A stretch of DNA of 37,630 bases, taken from assembly GCA_964626665.1 (NCBI GenBank), contig CAZVGK010000032.1:1-37630 (forward strand). Direction: 5' to 3'. Origin of the DNA: an uncultured Gemmatimonadota bacterium (GTDB lineage Bacteria > SM23-81 > DAOVCL01). The number at the start of each line of letters is the position of its first letter. Within the stretch, counting starts at the first letter, position 1. Under the pieces are notes generated by a model. That model did no database searches. It saw only the letters and a program-made list of their open reading frames with translations, and was not told where the DNA came from. Position numbers and translations under genes: made by a program. Positions 18,838 through 27,553 of this stretch are shown here, piece after piece.

Positions 18838-20493
18838 ATGAAAAGATATGCTTCACTAGCTCTTCTGCTGGGCCTTGTTTTGGCCTTGAGTGGGTGTGGG
18901 AAGAAGGGGGGAGAGAAGATCTTGGCTCGGGTAGGTGATCATCAGATCACCCTGAGCGAGTTTGAGGGGAGATGGGAGAGGGGGTTGCAAAAGCAGTTCA
19001 CCTCCCGGGAGCAGGAGCTAGACATCAGGAGGAAAACCTTAGATCTGATCATTGACGACAAGTTGATGATCATTGGGGCCTATGAACAGAAGTTGGATGA
19101 ATCACCGGAGGTAAAGAAGCAGTTAGAGGATGGCAAACCCAGGATCCTCCTGCGGGTCCTCTACACCAAGGAGATAAAGGACAAGGCAAAGGTGAGTAAT
19201 GCCGATGTCAAGGCATACTATGACAAACTGGAGTTTGAGGTGAGAGCTCGCCACATCCTGGTAAAGACCGAGGAGGAAGCGAAAAAGATCAAGGACGAGC
19301 TGGACAACGGGGCAGATTTTGCCCAACTGGCCAAGGAAAAATCGACCGATCCATCGACCAAGGACAAGGGTGGAGATCTGGGATTTTTCAAGTGGGGAAA
19401 GATGGTGGGACCCTTCCAGGAGGTAGCCTTTAAGCTAAAGCCAGGAGAGATATCCCAGCCGGTAAAGAGCAGATTTGGCTGGCATATCATCAAGGTAGAG
19501 GAGAGGAAAAAGGTCGAGAGGGAACCATTCGACAGGCAAAAACCCCAGATAGAAGCCCAGCTCAAGAGGACCAAGGAGAGGGAGAGGGTAGACGAGTACA
19601 TGGATCAACTGAAGGCCAAGGCAAATCTGCAGTTTCTACCCAAGGCAGTAAAGTTGATCCTTTCCAAGGCCAAAGAGGGAAAGGGGAAGATCGAGTTTAC
19701 CGACGAGGAGAAGAAAATCGTCCTCTTGAAGTATAATGGTGGGGAGTGGACCCTGGGGAAGTTTGCGGATGAACTGGCCAAGGTCGGACCCTTCAGACGT
19801 CCCAAGTTTGGAAAAGAAGATGAGGTAAAGAACTTCGTCGAGGGGGCCCTGATGCAAGATCTGCTCCTTGATGCAGCCAAGAGCGAGGGGATGGAGTCTA
19901 CCGCGGAGTCCAAGAAGGCGCTCAAGGAGTCTGAGGAGAAGATACTGCTTACCAAGATGCAGAGGGAGGTCATCCCTAAGGATGTCACCGTATCCGATGA
20001 GGAGGTGAAAAACTATTATCAGTCCCACCAGGATAGGTTCAAAGTCGCTGCTCAGGTAAACATAAGGGAAATCCAGGCGAAAACCAAAGAGGAGGCGGAA
20101 AAGCTCTTGAAGAGGATCAAACGGGGGGTTAGCTTCAAGAGGTTGGCCAAGGAGAAGTCACTCCGCAAATGGGCCGCCAAGAAGGGTGGGGAGATGGGCT
20201 ACTTCGAGGAAAGACGCTATCCGGAGCTGTTCAAGGCTGCCTGGGGCCTGAAGAAGGGCAGGCTTGCTGGACCAATAAAGACCAAAGGGAACAACTGGTC
20301 AATAATTAGGCTTCTCGGCAAAAAGGAAACGAAGGTTCAGCCCTTTGATGAGGTAAAGGACAAGGCCAAAAATCTGGCTCTGGCGGATAAGAGAAAAAAG
20401 GTCAAGGCTGACTGGCTGGAAGATATGAGGAAAAAGGTAAAGATAACCATCGATGAGAAACTCTTGGAATCCACCGTCAAAGCCAAGGGATAA
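18838..20493 (+). CDS. PrsA-like lipoprotein foldase with two parvulin (PpiC) domains
   Basis: Lipobox LSGC; VRARHILV..FAQLAKEKSTD..GGDLG..FGWHII; a second, degenerate parvulin domain. Confidence 0.85.
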   Translation: MKRYASLALLLGLVLALSGCGKKGGEKILARVGDHQITLSEFEGRWERGLQKQFTSREQELDIRRKTLDLIIDDKLMIIGAYEQKLDESPEVKKQLEDGKPRILLRVLYTKEIKDKAKVSNADVKAYYDKLEFEVRARHILVKTEEEAKKIKDELDNGADFAQLAKEKSTDPSTKDKGGDLGFFKWGKMVGPFQEVAFKLKPGEISQPVKSRFGWHIIKVEERKKVEREPFDRQKPQIEAQLKRTKERERVDEYMDQLKAKANLQFLPKAVKLILSKAKEGKGKIEFTDEEKKIVLLKYNGGEWTLGKFADELAKVGPFRRPKFGKEDEVKNFVEGALMQDLLLDAAKSEGMESTAESKKALKESEEKILLTKMQREVIPKDVTVSDEEVKNYYQSHQDRFKVAAQVNIREIQAKTKEEAEKLLKRIKRGVSFKRLAKEKSLRKWAAKKGGEMGYFEERRYPELFKAAWGLKKGRLAGPIKTKGNNWSIIRLLGKKETKVQPFDEVKDKAKNLALADKRKKVKADWLEDMRKKVKITIDEKLLESTVKAKG

Positions 20494-20668
20494 TATAGTA
20501 AGCTTATATTACCGGATAAGGCCAGGGATCTCCCCGGCCTTATCTTTTTAGGGATATATAGGATATCGGCCTGGCGGGGTCGGGACCAAATTCCCAGAGG
20601 AAAAGGCCTCTTGCAACCAACGAGTAGGTGACTCATTGAATGTAGGAAACCATTTAAAGGAGGGTACT

Positions 20669-21547
20669 TTGTGCAAAATCCTTTCCCTATCTCTTCTCCT
20701 CTTGGCCTTTCCCCTATTTAACTGCCAAAGGAAGGAACAAGTGGTGGCCAGGGTCAACAATTCTGACCTTACCTTACAGGAACTTAGGGGAAAGCTTTCC
20801 TCCTCTTACCAGGGTAAGCTTTCCTGGGAGGAGGTGAAGGGTTGGGTGGAGAGATGGGCCAACTCCGAACTACTCTATCAGGAAGCCCTGCGGAGGGGAT
20901 TGGATAAGGATGAAGAGGTGAGAATGAAGATAGAGGATGCTACCAAGGGGATTCTTGTCGCCGCACTGCTTGATAAGGAGATCAAGGGAGGAGGGGAGGA
21001 TGAAGCCTTTAGGTATTATCAAACGCATCCAGAGGAGTTTACCAGACAGGAGGACGAGGTAAGGGCAAGCGAGATCCTTGTGCCAAGTCTTAAAGAGGCA
21101 AAGAAGATAATCGGAAGGTTAAGGAAGGGTGAGGGATTCGCTGAATTAGCGGCCAAGTATTCCTTAGCCCCCTCGGCCACGAAGGGAGGTGATATGGGCT
21201 TCTTCACCAGAGATAGCTTCCCCTCTCACTTGGCTAAAGCTGCCTTTCCCACCCCCTTGGGAAATATATCCCAACCCATTAAGGGAGCCAATGGGTACCA
21301 TATACTCTTAATCACCGATCGCCAGAAAAAGGGAACGGTGCGGGATTTTGCCTTAATCAAAGGGGAGCTCCTCAATCGACTCTCCATTCTTCAGGGCAGG
21401 GAAGGCTTTAAAGAGCTTCTCAGAAGGCTCAGGAGGGAATTTGCGGTGGAGATAAACTATCCACTTCTGGTCTCGGCAGGGTTAGCCGACACAACTTTTT
21501 CTGGGGGAGATACCTCAGAAGTTGGCAAATTTAGAGATTCATATTAG
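20669..21547 (+). CDS. Parvulin-type peptidyl-prolyl isomerase, probable lipoprotein
   Basis: TTG20669 after AAGGAGG; hydrophobic stretch then FNC; FAELAAKYS..GGDMGF..GYHIL. Confidence 0.8.
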   Translation: MCKILSLSLLLLAFPLFNCQRKEQVVARVNNSDLTLQELRGKLSSSYQGKLSWEEVKGWVERWANSELLYQEALRRGLDKDEEVRMKIEDATKGILVAALLDKEIKGGGEDEAFRYYQTHPEEFTRQEDEVRASEILVPSLKEAKKIIGRLRKGEGFAELAAKYSLAPSATKGGDMGFFTRDSFPSHLAKAAFPTPLGNISQPIKGANGYHILLITDRQKKGTVRDFALIKGELLNRLSILQGREGFKELLRRLRREFAVEINYPLLVSAGLADTTFSGGDTSEVGKFRDSY

Positions 21548-21593
21548 CCCGATCTATTCATAAATTGGCATTAAATCCCAAATTGCCAAAGCC

Positions 21594-21653
21594 GTAGGGA
21601 CAGGTCTTTAGACCTGTCCGTGGAAGCGGACAGACATAAATGTCTGTCCCTAC
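21594..21653. repeat. GTAG-family REP doublet (REPIN-like)
   Basis: GTAG-GGACAGGTCtttaGACCTGTCC ... GGACAGACAtaaaTGTCTGTCC-CTAC. Confidence 0.85.
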
Positions 21654-21762
21654 AAAACAGATGCATAATCATATTTTTGAAAATGTTATGCCAATTTGTT
21701 ATCAGTTTACGAACAATTTGAGTTAATTCGATCTATTATCCCGAACTATTCATCCCCAAGCC

Positions 21763-21864
21763 AAGGTGACAGAACCCCAATTCTGCCACCCTCCGCCGCG
21801 CCGACAGGCAAGGGCATCTGATGGCTGGCCGACGACGGTCAGCTCAGGGCGTCTAACCGCTCAA
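21763..21864. repeat. Family A two-hairpin element, copy 2, plus a module shared with 1605-1634
   Basis: Aligns with the reverse complement of 294-357; gacggtcagctcagggcgtctaaccgctcaa resembles gcggccagatcaggggatctgaccgctcaa. Confidence 0.65.
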
Positions 21865-22095
21865 TCATTGGTGGCTCGGAGGATCTGAGAAGGAACTTAT
21901 GAATAATTCGGGCTAGAATGGTAGGGGGTGATCTGGGAATTGACTTTCTTCCCCAATGGAGTGAGATGACTCTCTAACTTCCGGATTCAAATATCTCAGT
22001 TAATCCTGATGTGATCGTCTGATCGAAAACAGACACGGGCGGAGCTTTCGCAATAACAACCAGGTAAATCCTGAAGTGGTAAATTTTGCCGCCTT

Positions 22096-22344
22096 TGACA
22101 GGATGAATGGGATTTACAGGATTTTATGGTTAACTGTGAAATCCCCTATGCCCCCGGCGAGAGGTAGTCCCACCCCTTAGGTTGGGGGATACGCAGACTG
22201 AAGTCTGCGGCTACCAGAGGTCTGGAATTAGAGGGAGGAGGGTTCACCCTCACCTAACCTTTCCCCACAAGGGAAAGAGGCCTTCTGCACGGTCTTGCGG
22301 AAGACTATAATTTATCTTGGTCATCCTGTCTGAAAATGGGAATC
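22096..22344. repeat. Segment bounded by inverted GACAGGAT-type 9-mer repeats, enclosing REPs
   Basis: gacaggatgaatgggatttacaggat ... atcttggtcatcctgtctgaaaatgg; same architecture as 32018-32200. Confidence 0.6.
22163..22215. repeat. GTAG-family REP doublet, inverted relative of 31035-31111
   Basis: gtagtcccaccccttaggttggg ... cgcagactgaagtctgcggctac. Confidence 0.7.
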
Positions 22345-22361
22345 CCTATCCTAATTAAGTT

Positions 22362-23366
22362 ATGGATATCTTTGAATGGATTGAGCGAGAGTTAAAGCCG
22401 AAAATATGTAATTCGGTAGAGTTTTTTTATGATGAAATGGACTCTCAGTCAGGCTGCTCTTTGCCAATTATATATCAACCATTCGATGCAAACGAAGAAT
22501 CACATTGGCAAGATCGGGGATCACTCTTCGACTACCTTTTTTCCACAGAAGGGGCAGGGAAAAGATTACTGGATTTTGGCCCTGGCGATGGGTGGCCATC
22601 TTTGATCGTAGCACCTTTTGTTGACGAAGTGGTGGGAGTTGATGGATCCCTTCATCGGGTTGAGATATGCGCCGAAAACGCCAGAAGGATGGGTATTTCA
22701 AATGTGAGATTTATCTGGGTTAAACCAGGAACCCCCCTGCCATTTCAGAATAACAGTTTTGATGGAGTAATGGCTGCATCATCTATAGAACAGACGCCAG
22801 ATCCAAAAGCCACCTTGCAGGAGCTTTATCGGATATTGAGATCGGGAGGACATCTGAGGATAGGATATGAGGATCTGGGTAGGTATCGCAACAATCAAGA
22901 GCAAGAAGCTCACCTCGATAAGATCGATGATCATATGTGTTGGCTTACTCTATATGATCGTCATATTGATCAAGAGTTCGCAAGAATGTATAGGATTGCC
23001 TTTTCGCTGCCCAATGAGAAGGTAATTAAGTTTTTCTTAGAAAATGGGGATTCTCTTTCCTTTGATTTAATCACCATTCCACTTTTAGAAAAGGCCTTTC
23101 CAAGTATTACCGAAACACTTCTCTGTTCACTCACTCATCCATCAGGAAAGACCTTTGTGCCCTGGTTGAAGGAGATTGGTTTTCGGGAGGTAGTTCCTTC
23201 ACATAGTGGGGCATGGTTTGCGGAACAATTGTTCGCCCAATACTCAGAGGGAACTCGTCCCAGTGACATTGATACCATTGATTCAATTTTGCGATCACTG
23301 GTAAAAATCGTCGTGCAAATGGCTGCACCTATAAATGAGAATCCTATGATCACGGCGATTAAATAG
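22362..23366 (+). CDS. Class I SAM-dependent methyltransferase
   Basis: LLDFGPGDG, VVGVDGS, LPFQNNSFDGV, ELYRILRSGG. Confidence 0.85.
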   Translation: MDIFEWIERELKPKICNSVEFFYDEMDSQSGCSLPIIYQPFDANEESHWQDRGSLFDYLFSTEGAGKRLLDFGPGDGWPSLIVAPFVDEVVGVDGSLHRVEICAENARRMGISNVRFIWVKPGTPLPFQNNSFDGVMAASSIEQTPDPKATLQELYRILRSGGHLRIGYEDLGRYRNNQEQEAHLDKIDDHMCWLTLYDRHIDQEFARMYRIAFSLPNEKVIKFFLENGDSLSFDLITIPLLEKAFPSITETLLCSLTHPSGKTFVPWLKEIGFREVVPSHSGAWFAEQLFAQYSEGTRPSDIDTIDSILRSLVKIVVQMAAPINENPMITAIK

Positions 23367-23462
23367 ATAGCTATGCAGGGCATACCTTCGATAGATTGAT
23401 GGGGCACCCATTTCTCTGAAGATGGGTTATATAGGCTTTGCTAACCACTGGTTGGCCAGCGG

Positions 23463-23575
23463 GATGTAGAGGAGATTTTGAACCTCCAGCCTAAAGGCTC
23501 GAAAACTAAGCCAATCAGGTTAAGCAGATTCGTAATGTGATTTTAAAATATAAGTCTGGAGGTCAAGATGAATAA
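23463..23575 (+). pseudogene. hicA: Truncated, frameshifted HicA-type toxin remnant
   Basis: DVEEILNLQPKGSKTKP / QVKQIRNVILKYKSGGQDE* (1-nt loss at the expected PYQV); overlaps the hicB start; 5' part missing. Confidence 0.7.
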
Positions 23576-23780
23576 ATATGAAGTAATTATCTACTGGAGT
23601 GATGAGGATGATGCGTTCATTGCAGAAGTTCCAGAGTTGCCTGGTTGTATGGCAGATGGAGCAACTTATCAGGAAGCTCTATCTAATGCAGAAGTGGTGA
23701 TTCAGGAATGGATTGAGACTGCTAAAGAATTAGGGCGACCAATTCCTGAGCCGAAGAGACGTCGATTAGTCTTCGCGTAA
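23568..23780 (+). CDS. hicB: HicB-family antitoxin
   Basis: YEVIIYWSDEDDAFIAEVPELPGCMADGATYQEAL..GRPIPEP. Confidence 0.9.
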   Translation: MNKYEVIIYWSDEDDAFIAEVPELPGCMADGATYQEALSNAEVVIQEWIETAKELGRPIPEPKRRRLVFA

Positions 23781-24146
23781 TATAGCATTTGAACCTTAAG
23801 GGCTGTCATTCCCAAAATGAAACGGCATATTCTATAGTGTTCCCGGTTTGCTTCGTTCGGGGTGTAACCAAACTTAGGAGTTTACGCAAGCCACCAGGCT
23901 AAATAGAGACCTCACTTGGTCTATCAGGACTTTGCTTATCAGCCACCTGTCGGATGAAGTCGCCTTAGTGGAGGGACAAGTATTTTGACCCCTCTGGAGA
24001 AAAAACTGGAGATTAGCAAAGAGAGGTTTGAGACGTTATCACCAAATGGATTGGTAACTGCTTAGCCCTGAAAGGTTAATTTACAGACATCCCTTGTCAC
24101 CAAGTTCTTTGCCCCTTTTGTCACATAAACAAGGAAGAAGTGCAAT

Positions 24147-24779
24147 ATGTCAAGTCACTTAGGGAAAATATTTGAAGATGACAAACTCGTAGAGAAAATT
24201 AAAAAACGATTGCCGCATCTGTTTCATCTCGCAGAATTAGAAAGCTCAAGAGCTGGGAAGATTGGAATGGAGGTTGGTTCTCTTCGTGAAAGGATAATAG
24301 TGGCTTTACTCATCTACAAATTTGGTGAAGCCAATGTAGAGACTGAAATTCCCATTACTAAGCCTGAGGTTGATGTAGCACTATTGGGACAACCTGTATC
24401 CATTAAAACAATCACGGGCAAAGGATTTGGTGGAGTTAAACTTATATGGACAGTCGATGCTCAAAAGGCTAAGGAATTTCGTGAAAACTATCTTCCTCAT
24501 TGCGATATTCTGCTTATTCAGATCAACTGGGATAGTGTGGGAGGCCTTTATTACATACCTTGGGAAGCACAGAAAAGGCTTTTTGACAAAATCGGTAGAG
24601 AAAGGTATGTTAAACTCCCTAAGCCGGGGACAAATCCAAGAGGTGTAGAAATAAGCAAAGAAGCCCTTTCCAGCTTAGTTGAGGACGAGATGTCTAAGCT
24701 GATTGAAATAGGTTGGCAATGGACAGAAGTAGATTATAATCCCTACAAGAGGTGGGTAGATTATTGGAGAGAGGATTAA
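24147..24779 (+). CDS. Type II restriction endonuclease, ThaI-like family
   Basis: GMEVGSLRERIIVALL..EVDV..VSIKT PD-(D/E)xK-like core, GTNPRGVE; 1 bp from an MTase gene. Confidence 0.7.
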   Translation: MSSHLGKIFEDDKLVEKIKKRLPHLFHLAELESSRAGKIGMEVGSLRERIIVALLIYKFGEANVETEIPITKPEVDVALLGQPVSIKTITGKGFGGVKLIWTVDAQKAKEFRENYLPHCDILLIQINWDSVGGLYYIPWEAQKRLFDKIGRERYVKLPKPGTNPRGVEISKEALSSLVEDEMSKLIEIGWQWTEVDYNPYKRWVDYWRED

Positions 24780-24780
24780 T

Positions 24781-25713
24781 ATGAGCAACAACCAAAGAAA
24801 GAGAGGAACACAAACCAGCTCCTTTGGCTCTCCTGGTAGAATAGGTCATGATTCTACGCGTTTTTATGCCAGCAAGTTATACGAAGGATTGCCGCAGGAA
24901 CAGAAAACCAAATATGTAGAAAATCCTATCGCTCCAAGACTCTTGGATAAAATCTTTTGCAAATCCTCTGAAAAGATGGAGGAGTTGCCTGATAATAGCG
25001 TCCACTTAATGGTTACCTCTCCTCCGTATAATGTGGGGAAGGAATATGATGAAAATTTGACTCTCGAAGAATATAGGAAATTCCTGGTCAGGGTATGGAA
25101 AGAGGTCTACCGGGTTCTTGTCCCCGGGGGCAGAGTATGCATCAATATCGCCAATTTAGGAAGGAAACCATATATCCCTCTGCACACCTTCATAGTTGAG
25201 GATATGTTAGCCCTGGGATTATTGATGCGAGGTGAGATTATTTGGAATAAAGCATCAAGTGCCAGCCCCTCTACAGCCTGGGGTAGCTGGCTTTCTGCTG
25301 CTAATCCGACTTTAAGGGATATTCACGAATATATCTTAGTGTTTTCTAAAGGTATGTTTAGAAGGAATGCTTACAGTAGGAGGAAAAGCTCAATATCTAA
25401 AGGTGAGTTTCTTGAATTTACCAAGAGTATTTGGACATTTCCAGCGGAGCCCGCTCACAAAGTGGGACACCCAGCCCCTTTCCCAGTGGAATTGCCCTAC
25501 AGGTTAATTCAACTTTATACTTTTGCGGGAGATGTTGTCTTAGACCCGTTCATTGGAAGTGGTCAAACCGCTATAGCGGCAATAAAGACAGAACGGCACT
25601 ATGTAGGGTATGACATTGAGGATGAATATGTAAAATTGGCAGAGAGGCGAATTAAAGAATTTGTAGTGGAGCTTAAATCTCCAAAATTGTTCGACTTTAA
25701 GGATAAAAGGTAA
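24781..25713 (+). CDS. Site-specific DNA methyltransferase (beta class, probably N4-cytosine)
   Basis: VTSPPY precedes HPAPFP and VLDPFIGSG (motif IV before motif I). Confidence 0.9.
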   Translation: MSNNQRKRGTQTSSFGSPGRIGHDSTRFYASKLYEGLPQEQKTKYVENPIAPRLLDKIFCKSSEKMEELPDNSVHLMVTSPPYNVGKEYDENLTLEEYRKFLVRVWKEVYRVLVPGGRVCINIANLGRKPYIPLHTFIVEDMLALGLLMRGEIIWNKASSASPSTAWGSWLSAANPTLRDIHEYILVFSKGMFRRNAYSRRKSSISKGEFLEFTKSIWTFPAEPAHKVGHPAPFPVELPYRLIQLYTFAGDVVLDPFIGSGQTAIAAIKTERHYVGYDIEDEYVKLAERRIKEFVVELKSPKLFDFKDKR

Positions 25714-25891
25714 TAGTAGCATACTATCACTTGCACTTTGAGTTAGTGTTTCTACCTTTGGGGAAATCTCCATGGCCGGATAGTAAACATCCATTTAAGC
25801 TTGATGCCACACAAGAGATCCCCCCATCGGATTGGGTAAACTGTTCAGCTCATTGATGCTATAACCATAAAATTTTTCCAAAGGATGTGAA

Positions 25892-27199
25892 ATGTTCAGG
25901 AAAATCGCTAAAATAATAACTATCTCTCTCTGTGTCCTGCCCATCACGGCCGCAACTTCCCTTTCCGGCCAGCTCATCGATGGGATAGTGGCCGTGGTGG
26001 GGAATGAGATCGTCCTCTACTCAGAGCTTGAGTCCCAACTCCAGCTCTTGGCTATGCAGGGCAAGGTGAACCTCAAGGATAGCTTAGAGGTGAAGAGGCT
26101 AAGAAAAAAGGTCTTGGAGGAGATGGTAAATGACAAAGTCCTTTTAGTGGAGGCAAAAAGGGAGACCCTTGAGGTAGCCCCTCAGGAGGTGAACCAAGCC
26201 CTGGATGAACAATTGACAAAGGTGAGGAGCCAATTCACCTCGTCAGCAGAATTCCAAAAGGAATTAGACAGGGAGGGGTTAACCTTGGAGAAGCTGAAGA
26301 GGAGATATCGCGCCCAGGTCAAGAGTGAGCTCCTCAAGCAGAAGCTGATGAACAAGCTCGTATCTCAAGTAAAGATCTCCGATGGAGAGGTGAGGGACTT
26401 TTACCGAAGTTACCAGGATAGTTTTCCCCCCCAGAAGAAGGCAATAAGGATTAGCCATATCCTTTTGACTGTGGAGCCAAGCCCCGAGACAGAGGCTATG
26501 GTCTTGGAGAGAGCCAAAAGTGTTTTGCAGAGGTTAAAAGAGGGGAGTGATTTTGCCCAATTGGCCAGGGAGTATTCCGATGATCCCAGTAGCTCCTCTG
26601 GAGGGGAATTGGGATGGTTTGATAGGGGAGATATGGTCCCCGAATTCGACCGGGCTTCCTTCTCCCTTAAGGTAGAAGAAATAAGCAATCTGGTCCGAAC
26701 GAGGTTTGGCTATCATATAATTCAGGTAGAGGAGAGGAAGGGGGATAGGGTAAAAGCCCGTCATATCCTCTTCTCCCTGAGGCCATCCTCTCAGGACTGG
26801 GCAAAGGCGAAAGCAAAAGCAGATACCTTGAGGCAAAGGAGCGTAGGAGGTGAGGATTTCGCCCAGGTGGCCAAGGAGTACTCGCAGGATCTGGGCTCCC
26901 GGGACAGGGGAGGGGATCTCGGTTGGTTTGAGCCGGATCAGTTAACGGAGAGCTTTAAGGATGCGCTTAATAACTTGCAGGTGGGAGAAGTTAGCCAACC
27001 GGTGATCTCCTCCTATGGAGTGCACCTCATCCTGGTCACCGACAGAAGGGAAAACAGAAAGCTTAGCCTGGAGCAGGATTGGGGGATGATAAAGGGTATG
27101 GCTCACCGGGAAAAGGCAACCACCAAATTAAATCAATGGCTTGCCCAAGCTCGGAAACGGACCTATATTGACATAAGATTAGCCAGTTTTACCCATTGA
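25892..27199 (+). CDS. surA: SurA-like periplasmic chaperone/PPIase
   Basis: Signal peptide; IDGIVAVVGNEIVLYSE SurA N-domain; two parvulin domains. Confidence 0.85.
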   Translation: MFRKIAKIITISLCVLPITAATSLSGQLIDGIVAVVGNEIVLYSELESQLQLLAMQGKVNLKDSLEVKRLRKKVLEEMVNDKVLLVEAKRETLEVAPQEVNQALDEQLTKVRSQFTSSAEFQKELDREGLTLEKLKRRYRAQVKSELLKQKLMNKLVSQVKISDGEVRDFYRSYQDSFPPQKKAIRISHILLTVEPSPETEAMVLERAKSVLQRLKEGSDFAQLAREYSDDPSSSSGGELGWFDRGDMVPEFDRASFSLKVEEISNLVRTRFGYHIIQVEERKGDRVKARHILFSLRPSSQDWAKAKAKADTLRQRSVGGEDFAQVAKEYSQDLGSRDRGGDLGWFEPDQLTESFKDALNNLQVGEVSQPVISSYGVHLILVTDRRENRKLSLEQDWGMIKGMAHREKATTKLNQWLAQARKRTYIDIRLASFTH

Positions 27200-27459
27200 G
27201 AATAGACCAATTTCTCTCCTCAAGTCGGCTGATAAGAAGAAGGGTGGAGGCCAAGAGGGCTTGTGAGGAAGGTCTGGTATTTTTGGACGGGAGAAGAGCC
27301 AAGCCAGGTGATAGGGTTAAATCTGGCCAGATAGTGAGTATAAGATTTTGGGACCACCAGATTGCAGTTAGGATACTGGAGATCCCCCAAGGGAATGTGA
27401 GCAGGAAGAGGGCCCACACCCTTTACAGCTTGATCGGGAAGGGGGATGAACCAGCTTAG
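27196..27459 (+). CDS. S4-domain RNA-binding protein (Hsp15/YabO-like)
   Basis: MRIDQFLSSSRLIRRRVEAKRACEEG.V..DG..AKPG; 4-bp overlap with surA. Confidence 0.85.
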   Translation: MRIDQFLSSSRLIRRRVEAKRACEEGLVFLDGRRAKPGDRVKSGQIVSIRFWDHQIAVRILEIPQGNVSRKRAHTLYSLIGKGDEPA

Positions 27460-27553
27460 GACTGGTTTTTTTTCTGCAAGACAAAGCAGAAACCTTGGAA
27501 CATTCACCCCGCACTTATGCGGGGGAATAGTCAAAACTTCATCCACAACCCAA

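Larger units (their letters stand above)
21548..21912. mobile_element. Two tandem ~175-bp MITE-like units with 16-bp terminal inverted repeats
   Basis: Unit 1 (21548-21722): CCCGATCTATTCATAA...TTACGAACAATTTGAG. Unit 2 (21740-21912): CCCGAACTATTCATCC...TTATGAATAATTCGGG. Outer ends match 14/16; no transposase present. Confidence 0.6.

Noticed and set aside
23916-24065. Short frame with an in-frame TGA as a selenoprotein candidate
   Set aside because: No RBS, no redox motif, no recognisable family, and a stop immediately upstream.
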